Source of the DNA: Candidatus Multivoradales bacterium
Lineage (GTDB): Bacteria > Acidobacteriota > Thermoanaerobaculia > Multivoradales > JAHEKO01
Direction: 5' to 3'
Length of the DNA stretch: 64,000 nt
NCBI GenBank assembly: GCA_965223155.1
Contig: CBDCVR010000014.1
Span: 320,001-384,000 of the forward strand
In this document: piece by piece, positions 56,922 to 64,000 of the stretch
Layout of the letters: each line of letters begins with the position of its first letter
Position numbering within the stretch: position 1 is the first letter of the stretch
Notes under the pieces: generated by a model
Seen by the model: only the letters and a program-made list of their open reading frames with translations
Databases searched by the model: none
What the model was told of the DNA's origin: nothing
Made by a program: the position numbers and the translations under genes

Positions 56922-58604
56922 CTAGCCCTCCCAATCCTCGGGCTCGGGCGGATTGACCAGCTTTTTGGCAGCCGACAGAAGCTTGGCTCGTCGCTCTTCG
57001 AGACGTTCCTCAGCAACCGTCCTCGGAACTGCGAATTCGGTCTGCTCGAAGATCTCGAGTTTCTTCTTAGCCACGTACTCGTCGGTGATCACCGCCTCTT
57101 CTACGTATGGGGCGAGGATCTGCTCTGGCGGTCTTCCCGCGAGCTTGACAACCGCATAGCGGGTGGGCTGCCCCGCGAGCGTGGCCATGGCACGATGGAT
57201 CTGCTCCTCCAGGCTGAAGACCTGCGTTGGCAAAGACTCCAACACCGGCTCAAGGGTCTCGCTAGCGCTGAAGACACTGGATTCCGAGTATGCCTGTCCC
57301 AAGGTGGCAGCGGACCCGAGAGAGCTTCCTATGCTCTCCGTGTGGGGCAAGGCCCCTGGGTCGGCTGCTGTTCCTGCCATTTCCACAGTGCTCTCAGAGA
57401 GGCCCTCGCTGCCGGTCGAACTCGAGCTGTCTGAGTGGCTCTTAAGCCAAGAGCGGATGTAGCGGGTGACGGTCGGCTTGTCGAGCGTGTGCTTAGCCTC
57501 CTCGTAGTCAATGGAGCCGAGAAAGATGTCCTTCGCCATGAGCTCCACGTCGGCGATCGGGAGGCCCCCGAAAACGACCTTGTTGCCGATCTGCATCACA
57601 GAGCTAAACACGGCCTCGCCACCAGCTTGCTTGAGCTGCCCGAGGTTCTGGTGAGCAAGAGTGAGCCGGATACCGAACTTCCTTAGTCCGGTGATCATCT
57701 TCTCGACATCGTCGTTCAGGAACTGATAGCACTCGTCGATATAGACGAAGAACGGCCGGCTTGTGTCCGGCTTCCTCAGAGCTGCCTTGGTCGCGATCTC
57801 GTTCACCATCAGTGACCCCAGGAGCCGCTGATTCTCGCTCGTGAGGCCCTGTAGGTTCACCAGTACCACGGTGCCTTCGTCCATGATGCTGGAGAAGTCG
57901 ATGGTGTCCTGCGTCTGACTGACCATGGTGCGAAGGCTCGGGTTCCGCAGAAACCTGGACAACCTGTTGCGAGCGCTCTCGGTTTGCTCAACGTACTGCG
58001 CTGGGGGCACCGATCGCAGGTACTCCCACTCTTCACGGACAATCGGATTGTCGATGTTCGCCGTGATCAAGCGCTGCATGGGCATGTCCTGCGCTAGCAG
58101 GTCAGTGGCTTCCCGAAGAGTCAGCCCCTGCTCACCCAGAGCAAAGAAGATCGCTGAGAGGATGCGAGCGAGCCTTGGCGTTCTGTCCGTGTCCTCGCCT
58201 CCCCACACCTGGGCGCACGCCTTCACCATATTGTCGACCGCGTCGGAGATGGCGTCAGCACTCCTGTTGCTGAAGTCGAGCGGGTTGAACCCGAACGACC
58301 ACTCTTGCTCAGCCGGGTGAAAGAGCAGGACCTTCCGTCTCCTGAAGACATCGTTTGCCGCACACCACTTGACGATGTCGTCGTACAGGGAGCCGTGCGG
58401 GTCGACGAGGCAAAGTCCTTGCCCGGAGAGAATGTCTTGGCGGATCAGGTGCTCGAGGAACTTGCTTTTTCCCAGACCGAAGCGACCGAGTACATGGAGA
58501 TGGTATTGCCGGTCTTCGGACGGCAAGTAGAGTTTCTTCTTCGCATCCGTCGTACGGCGGCCAAGAAGAACCGAGGAGCCAGCACGGTGAGGACTAGGAA
58601 CCAT
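56922..58604 (-). CDS. VirD4/TraD-like coupling ATPase 1
   Basis: GRFGLGKS, VDPHG, YIDECYQF, RKFGIRLTLAHQ. Confidence 0.85.
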   Translation of the reverse strand: MVPSPHRAGSSVLLGRRTTDAKKKLYLPSEDRQYHLHVLGRFGLGKSKFLEHLIRQDILSGQGLCLVDPHGSLYDDIVKWCAANDVFRRRKVLLFHPAEQEWSFGFNPLDFSNRSADAISDAVDNMVKACAQVWGGEDTDRTPRLARILSAIFFALGEQGLTLREATDLLAQDMPMQRLITANIDNPIVREEWEYLRSVPPAQYVEQTESARNRLSRFLRNPSLRTMVSQTQDTIDFSSIMDEGTVVLVNLQGLTSENQRLLGSLMVNEIATKAALRKPDTSRPFFVYIDECYQFLNDDVEKMITGLRKFGIRLTLAHQNLGQLKQAGGEAVFSSVMQIGNKVVFGGLPIADVELMAKDIFLGSIDYEEAKHTLDKPTVTRYIRSWLKSHSDSSSSTGSEGLSESTVEMAGTAADPGALPHTESIGSSLGSAATLGQAYSESSVFSASETLEPVLESLPTQVFSLEEQIHRAMATLAGQPTRYAVVKLAGRPPEQILAPYVEEAVITDEYVAKKKLEIFEQTEFAVPRTVAEERLEERRAKLLSAAKKLVNPPEPEDWEG

Positions 58605-59211
58605 GCTCGCGCTGGTACTTCTCTTTCCAGGCCTTGAAGATGGCTTCCTTTCTGTCGCGATCTTCCGGAGGGGTGTTCGCGAGATCTTCTTTCCACAACC
58701 TCTCGTACTCGTCGAGAGTTACGTCCACGCCCTTCGCTTTCCGAAAGAGGCGCTCAGCGTCGCTCAAGTTGGACTCACTGGATTGGGCCTGGGCTTGCGA
58801 CCGACCCTTCTTGTCCAGTTCAAGCTGCTCCAGCTCCCGTCGCCGCCGTTCGACGGCGATCTTGTGGTCTAACTGAGACAGCTCGAAATCCTGACCCTTT
58901 TTCTGTTGGCGGATTACCCAGTCGTCGACCTTGTCCTTGTTGGCGGCGTAGGCAGCAACACCGGCGAGCGCTATGAGCGCCTCTCCACCTGAAAGGCCAT
59001 CCTTCTCCTGGACCCGGAGGTCCGCCGCCTCGCGGCCCTGTCGCCTGGCGTAGGTTGGTCGGGAGGGAGGACGCTGTCGGATGGTGGTGGCCTTGCGCTG
59101 GGGCTTGAAGAAGAAATAGAGAGGCAAAACCACGAAGACAAGAACCAAGAGGACTACCGGCGTGACAACCCAGTAGTTGAGTGAGCTCAACCATTCCAAC
59201 GTGTTTGACAA
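58594..59211 (-). CDS. hypothetical membrane protein
   Basis: N-terminal TM helix, coiled-coil C-terminus; overlaps the ATPase start. Confidence 0.6.
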   Translation of the reverse strand: MSNTLEWLSSLNYWVVTPVVLLVLVFVVLPLYFFFKPQRKATTIRQRPPSRPTYARRQGREAADLRVQEKDGLSGGEALIALAGVAAYAANKDKVDDWVIRQQKKGQDFELSQLDHKIAVERRRRELEQLELDKKGRSQAQAQSSESNLSDAERLFRKAKGVDVTLDEYERLWKEDLANTPPEDRDRKEAIFKAWKEKYQREHGS

Positions 59212-59360
59212 GCCTAACCCCCTGATTTACTGTGACTTACAGATACTCGCCATAGAGCTAGTGGCTTCCGAGCCTCTCCCTAGTGGGGATCAGCCAGCAG
59301 CGCCTGAGCCATGTGCTGGGGCCCTGCAGAACCTGATTTTCCCACGAAAGGGGGTAAAGC

Positions 59361-59702
59361 ATGAAGGAAACCACCGTATCTGCTGAGCTGAGGGGCGAGA
59401 TCGCCGCCGTTGTCGGCCGGCTATTCTCCACCCAGTCGATGCTGAGTACAGCTCTGGACTTCCTGGAGGCTCGCCGAGAGAGTCCTTCCGTCACCAAGGA
59501 GGACCGTGATCTCGATTCCAAGTTCGTCGCCTTGCTCCGCAAACACGCCCTGCCGAGCGGTGTTGAGTGGGACGACCCGTTCATGCGGGAGTTGTCGCGG
59601 GCAATGACCGCGGTCCAGACGCAGGACCGTCTAGCTCGCAGAATTCGAGGGTTCCGGGAGGAACATCGAGATGTCGCTCCCCAACTCGAAGCAATTGGCT
59701 GA
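59361..59702 (+). CDS. hypothetical protein
   Basis: 113-aa helical ORF with a purine-rich RBS. Confidence 0.5.
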   Translation: MKETTVSAELRGEIAAVVGRLFSTQSMLSTALDFLEARRESPSVTKEDRDLDSKFVALLRKHALPSGVEWDDPFMRELSRAMTAVQTQDRLARRIRGFREEHRDVAPQLEAIG

Positions 59703-59728
59703 ATCGGCCAGTACACACCGAGCCCGTC

Positions 59729-61042
59729 CTAGTGGACGGGCTTTTCTTGATTACCGAGCCAGCGTTTGATCCTGTGCTCTACAGAGCGACGAGAACTTGC
59801 ATGTCGTCGCCTCGAGAGATGAACCAGCCGTCGACGGTTCCCGACAGTTGAGTACGCGGTAGGCGGAAGGGTCTCAGCCGAGAAGGGCTGGAGGGTCTCT
59901 CCGTCAACCATCAACCGAACCCAGATACGGTACTTCCCGAGCTCGACAAGACTCCGGGCCGGAACCGGGAGCTCCTTCTCGAGAATCTCGGCATCCCGTG
60001 CTCCCACTCCGAAGACCAGCAAGGTCCCTACGTTTCCGAGCACTGCTTGCCTTAGATCCGGATCTAGCTGCTCGAGGTACTGATGTCCCAGAAACAGGGA
60101 TAGGCGGTACTTTCGAGCCTCGGAGAGGATTGAAACGAAGGCGTCCGTCCCAAAGCTCTGAAACTCGTCGACGTAGCAGTAGAAGTCGCGTCTGTCGTTC
60201 TCTGGAAGCTTGGCCCGGCGCATGGTGGCAACGTGAATCTGGGATACGAGGAGCGATCCAAGGAGGTTGGTGTTGTCTTCGCCGAGTCGGCCGATGGACA
60301 GGTTTGCTATCAGAATGCGTCCCTCGTTCATGATCTGCTCGATATCCACCGTACTCCGGACCTGGCCGAGGATGTTCCGAAGCATCGGTGTCGCCAGGTA
60401 CCGCCCGAGCTTGTTCTGAACGGGGGCGAGCACCTCAGCACGGAAGCGGTCACTGTAGGCGGCGAACTCCTCCTCCCAGAAGACACGAAGCACAGGGTCC
60501 GTAACGCGGCGGATGAGGCGGTCTCTGAAGTCCGCCTCACTGAGCAAGCGGTAGACGCCGAGCAATGAGTGGTTACCCTCAAGCACCACAGTCTGTAGAG
60601 CGTTCGAGAGCACGTACTCGAGGCGGGGGCCCCAGGAGTCTCGCCAGAGGTGTTTGAACGCAGAGAGGACCCCAGAGATGACCAAGTGGTGCTCCTCAGC
60701 ATCGGGGGAGGCCAGGACGTTCAAACCAGATGGGTGCCGCAAGTCCGCTGGGTTGAAGTAGACAACATCATCGTGTCGATCCTCCGGAATTCGATCGAGC
60801 ACCTCCTCGGCGAGATCGCCGTGCGGGTCGATCAGCGCAACACCCGCGCCTGACGCAATGTCTTGAAGAACCGCGTTTTTGATGAGGGTCGATTTCCCCA
60901 TACCGGTGCGGCCTACCGTGTAGCAGTGATGCCGTCGGTCCGCATGAGAAAGACCGAACACCGGAGAGGTGCCGCGTTGGACGGTATGGGTGCCGAGGAC
61001 GACGTGGTCTTTCATGGTTCCAGGGGAGGCTCCTGTTGCCAT
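59729..61042 (-). CDS. VirD4/TraD-like coupling ATPase 2
   Basis: GRTGMGKS, IDPHGD, WGPRLE, YVDEFQSF, LSEARKY. Confidence 0.87.
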   Translation of the reverse strand: MATGASPGTMKDHVVLGTHTVQRGTSPVFGLSHADRRHHCYTVGRTGMGKSTLIKNAVLQDIASGAGVALIDPHGDLAEEVLDRIPEDRHDDVVYFNPADLRHPSGLNVLASPDAEEHHLVISGVLSAFKHLWRDSWGPRLEYVLSNALQTVVLEGNHSLLGVYRLLSEADFRDRLIRRVTDPVLRVFWEEEFAAYSDRFRAEVLAPVQNKLGRYLATPMLRNILGQVRSTVDIEQIMNEGRILIANLSIGRLGEDNTNLLGSLLVSQIHVATMRRAKLPENDRRDFYCYVDEFQSFGTDAFVSILSEARKYRLSLFLGHQYLEQLDPDLRQAVLGNVGTLLVFGVGARDAEILEKELPVPARSLVELGKYRIWVRLMVDGETLQPFSAETLPPTAYSTVGNRRRLVHLSRRRHASSRRSVEHRIKRWLGNQEKPVH

Positions 61043-61736
61043 CCCATGCACCTCTAAAGGCGAGAGGGGACATCGCTCCACGATCTCGTCTGCTACCCCC
61101 TCGGGGCAGAAAAGAGCGCACGATTTGCCGGCACAGAACGGTTATGGCTGACCCACGGCCGGTAGGGAAACAGGAGCCTCCTTTGGAACTAGAGGTCTGA
61201 CACTCAGTATGCGGGAGCCAGTACTGAAGAGCCAGTGGATAGCCGCTCAGGAGCCCGCCAGCCACCCCGGTAGGGCGAGCCATTGCTGGCGGGCTCCAGC
61301 TGCAGACGCTGGGTCAAGAAGAAGCCCAAACAAGTGGCGGCCAGATCTGGCCGTCAAAGGTCGCCACCTTTGGTGGCGCTCAAACACGTATTCCCTCGCA
61401 ACGCGAGGAAACGTGCTGGTAGTTCCCCCCATCGTCGGAGGCGGCGATAGCCGCCGAACCGCGTAGCGGCCGACTCCGGTCTTTTCGGCTGAGGCTCCGG
61501 CGATTCCGCCGGTGCCGAATGCCCCAGCGATAGCGCAGCCGAGCAAGAGAAATTTCTCGTCGCGAGGGAAAAGGCCGGAGTCGGGCGCAAGCCCGACGAT
61601 GGGGGGAACCAGGAAGACGCTGTAATTGCTGGCGATATGCCATCTCAGCGTCAACTCGCACCCCCTCTTATCATGTAAGAGGGGGTTTAAGAGCAGTCCA
61701 AAAGGGCCTTAAGTCCTTTATAATCAACAGTTTGCC

Positions 61737-61765
61737 TTGACATTTCTTGATTCCTGTCCTACTTT
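61737..61765 (+). promoter_or_regulatory. sigma70 promoter of the excisionase-like gene
   Basis: TTGACA-N17-TACTTT. Confidence 0.6.
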
Positions 61766-61816
61766 CCGCATTCCATAGCGACTCGTGGCAATGACCGACC
61801 ACAGAAAGGAGCGCTG

Positions 61817-62053
61817 ATGCGGACGACATTGGACTTTCAAAACCTTCGGAGCGTTCGGCAGATCGTCGACGCTTCGCGCCCGGCAGGACCGGATTCCGAA
61901 CCCGCTATCACCGAGGGTAGCCTTCGCTGGCTAATCTTCAACGCCCAAGAAAACGGTCTGGATCAGGCCCTGGTTCGGGTCGGAAGACGCGTCCTTATCG
62001 ACCTCGACGCATTCAACGACTGGCTCGAAAGCCAGCGCGCCCGGCCCGTCTAG
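61817..62053 (+). CDS. excisionase-like small DNA-binding protein
   Basis: TEGSLRWLIF...VRVGRRVLIDLDAFNDWL; AAGGAG RBS; near the integrase. Confidence 0.75.
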   Translation: MRTTLDFQNLRSVRQIVDASRPAGPDSEPAITEGSLRWLIFNAQENGLDQALVRVGRRVLIDLDAFNDWLESQRARPV

Positions 62054-62329
62054 CCGGACCACCCAGTTCACAGCAGAAGAGGGGAACTTCCGCGTCGGTG
62101 GTGACCAAGCTCAGGGTCGTGGCTGTCCAACACCGACATGAAGACGTCAATATCGACATCTCACCGACATGGAAATGTCGGCCAGGGGACTAACAACGCC
62201 AGCGTCGCACAATATCTGTTTCGCGACGGTCACGGGCAAGTAACCGACTTCATCGTCGAGGCGCTCTGCGGATACTAGCTCGCGGTCTTGTAGTTCAAAC
62301 GAGCGCGGACCGCGCTCGTTTGTAGATCG

Positions 62330-63376
62330 CTAGAGCTTCATGATGTAGACGACTTTCACGTACGGCGGGAGGATCTCATACGATCGAACGTCGCGTGTTC
62401 CTCGGATGAAGAACTGATATCCGTGATGGATGTCATCGTCGCGGGCAGGGCCAGCCTCATAGCTCGCCTTGCCGCCGGCATCACCTACCTCCTCGATAGT
62501 GACTGTCCCCCTAAGAAACCGGTCTCGTAGATCTGGCGTGCCGTTGGCCCCGTCGCAGATCGCCCAACCAGCAGGTATGTCACCAGCTGTCCAGTACCAC
62601 GGAATGATGGCACCCTGGGGCAAAGAAAGTGCTAGGCGAATCTCATCGGCAGTCTGAGGGCTAAAGCGTCTTAGCGGCGGTAGATTCAGATCCAGTCCAC
62701 CCTCGTTGGTGTCAATGCCGATCTCGGCACGGTCGTATTCTGCGTCGACGCCTGGCGCGGGCGCTACGCGACGCTTTCGGGCACATCGAATGTTGACTTG
62801 ACCGACGTCTACTTTGATGTCGATTCTTGCGCCTGAACTGGCCTCCTCGCCGTCGACGGAACATCTCGCGAATCCGTCGTTGAACGTGAGTGTCTTCAGA
62901 ACAACATCTGCGTTGCCCGTTCGCCGAACTGAGAAACCCAGGAGTTCGCCATCTAGATCACCGATTGAAAGCTCTACTTTTCGGTCGCTGAGACTCTGAC
63001 ACTGGTTCCACGCCTGCAGCGCGTCGACGGACAGCAGACTCAGCCGAGCCGCGTCCATTTCCTTCCCCTGAGACTGGTCGGCCTGTCTCTGGCAGAACTC
63101 GTCCTTGTCCTTTTGACTGCCAAACCAACTGCCAGCGATGCCTAGTGGTACTGACTGCAACCCTACCTGCCCATCATGGGAGAAAGACCAAGAGTTGTCC
63201 TTCTTTCTGCAGTAGCGATGGAAGACGAGATTGTTCCATTCCTTTTGAGATACAGAAGACCATTCGTTGCGTATGCCATGAGTGAGAAGAGCGTTGCAGT
63301 GCTCTTGAGCAGTAGCCGTAGGTGGTTGAAATGAGCTGCAGAGCAGCGCCAAGAAGGCAGTCGTTCGGAATCGCAT
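62330..63376 (-). CDS. secreted protein with C-terminal phage tail-collar-like domain
   Basis: Signal peptide; LPQGAIIPW...IPAGWAICDGANGTPDLRDRFLRG...ILPPYVKVVYIMKL. Confidence 0.75.
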   Translation of the reverse strand: MRFRTTAFLALLCSSFQPPTATAQEHCNALLTHGIRNEWSSVSQKEWNNLVFHRYCRKKDNSWSFSHDGQVGLQSVPLGIAGSWFGSQKDKDEFCQRQADQSQGKEMDAARLSLLSVDALQAWNQCQSLSDRKVELSIGDLDGELLGFSVRRTGNADVVLKTLTFNDGFARCSVDGEEASSGARIDIKVDVGQVNIRCARKRRVAPAPGVDAEYDRAEIGIDTNEGGLDLNLPPLRRFSPQTADEIRLALSLPQGAIIPWYWTAGDIPAGWAICDGANGTPDLRDRFLRGTVTIEEVGDAGGKASYEAGPARDDDIHHGYQFFIRGTRDVRSYEILPPYVKVVYIMKL

Positions 63377-63506
63377 TCGAAACCCTCCCCTAGCGTGGAC
63401 GTTTGGAAACTCGGGGAATATATCGCAGACCGCATCTCTCGGCACCTTCAAGGAGAGGCCGAGTCAGGCGGACTGCGGTCCGGCCCTAGCGCAGAAGACG
63501 GCCGCC

Positions 63507-64000
63507 CTATTCGAAGATCTTGTCGTTCATGCGGGCCACGACATCGCTCGTGTGCAGCTCGCTCAGGTGTGAGTACCGCTTGACCATCGCCAGGGTCTTG
63601 TGCCCCAGAATCTCGGCGATCTCGGCCAGGGTCGCGCCATTCATGGCCAGGTAGCTCGCGGCCGAGTGGCGCAGGTCATGAAAACGGAAGTTCTTAACCT
63701 TGGCCTTAGCGACCGCCGCCACCCACGGCTTCCTCGGGAAATGTGCTTGGCCCGCGTCGCCGACGAAGACCAGGTCGGATTCCAACCTGCGGACCTTCCG
63801 AAAGTCCTGGAGAGTCGCCCTCGCATGGCCTTGCAGCGGGAGAGCTCGGCGCTCACCGTTCTTCGTGTCGTGGACCACCGCTGAGCCCCGAGCAAGGTCG
63901 ACATCCTTCCATCGCAGGCTCATTAGCTCGCCCTGCCGAGCACCGGTTGAGATCGCCAGGACGACTAGCGGGTAGAGCCGCCGGTCGCGGCTGTCTCGGC
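63507..64000 (-). CDS. int: tyrosine integrase, C-terminal part (5' end beyond the window)
   Basis: STGARQGEL, TKNG, FHDLRH, LGHKTLAMVKRY catalytic residues. Confidence 0.93.
   Translation of the reverse strand, partial: RDSRDRRLYPLVVLAISTGARQGELMSLRWKDVDLARGSAVVHDTKNGERRALPLQGHARATLQDFRKVRRLESDLVFVGDAGQAHFPRKPWVAAVAKAKVKNFRFHDLRHSAASYLAMNGATLAEIAEILGHKTLAMVKRYSHLSELHTSDVVARMNDKIFE

Larger units (their letters stand above)
46335..64000. mobile_element. integrative (probably mobilisable) element inserted at tRNA-Lys, continues beyond the window
   Basis: tRNA 3' fragment at the left end, tyrosine integrase at the right, relaxase/coupling ATPases/primase/RadC inside, visibly lower GC than the flanks. 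Confidence 0.82.

Noticed and set aside
61247-61654. 135-aa minus-strand ORF with a hydrophobic stretch
   Set aside because: No clear RBS or motif, and several competing frames; could not be supported.
46335-64000. Prophage
   Set aside because: No capsid, terminase, portal or lysis genes; relaxase and coupling ATPases point to a mobilisable element.

Overview
GC-rich bacterial DNA. The gene content (TonB receptor, Ser/Thr kinase-TPR protein, sigma54 two-component pair) suggests an Acidobacteriota-like diderm, which is an inference. Four zones. (1) 1-23073: an accreted island downstream of a tRNA-Glu(TTC) gene (23074-23151, minus strand). It holds an NtrC-type two-component pair, broken LuxR and CzcA genes bracketing an acyl-CoA catabolic/TonB cassette, several att scars, a repA pseudogene interrupted by G-rich palindromes, and a kinase frameshifted at a (GA)6 tract. 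(2) 23286-38941: a glycan-modification locus with five GT2/GT4 genes, a GT8, a sulfotransferase, an ABC exporter, a GMC oxidase and an AlkP-family enzyme. It also carries lasso-type tailoring parts: a PqqD/RRE protein with a fused YxxPxL leader-like tail, an HPr-kinase-like kinase and a tandem nucleotidyltransferase, but no lasso cyclase or peptidase. (3) 39006-46150: mostly exported-protein genes separated by GGTGACAGGATAC/GTATCCTGTCACC palindromic repeats. One repeat is split by an IS1111-type (IS110 family) element whose 3' non-coding region contains readable bridge-RNA-like target and donor guides matching that repeat. (4) 46335 to the window end: an integrative, probably mobilisable element at a tRNA-Lys(TTT) att site. 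It encodes a tyrosine integrase, excisionase-like protein, two coupling-protein-like ATPases, a Replic_Relax relaxase, primase-like protein, RadC and an HTH initiator with iterons, and carries defence-type cargo (R-M pair, Schlafen/AlbA_2, SEC-C nuclease-like, KTSC). All calls were made by eye from motifs; no database searches were run.
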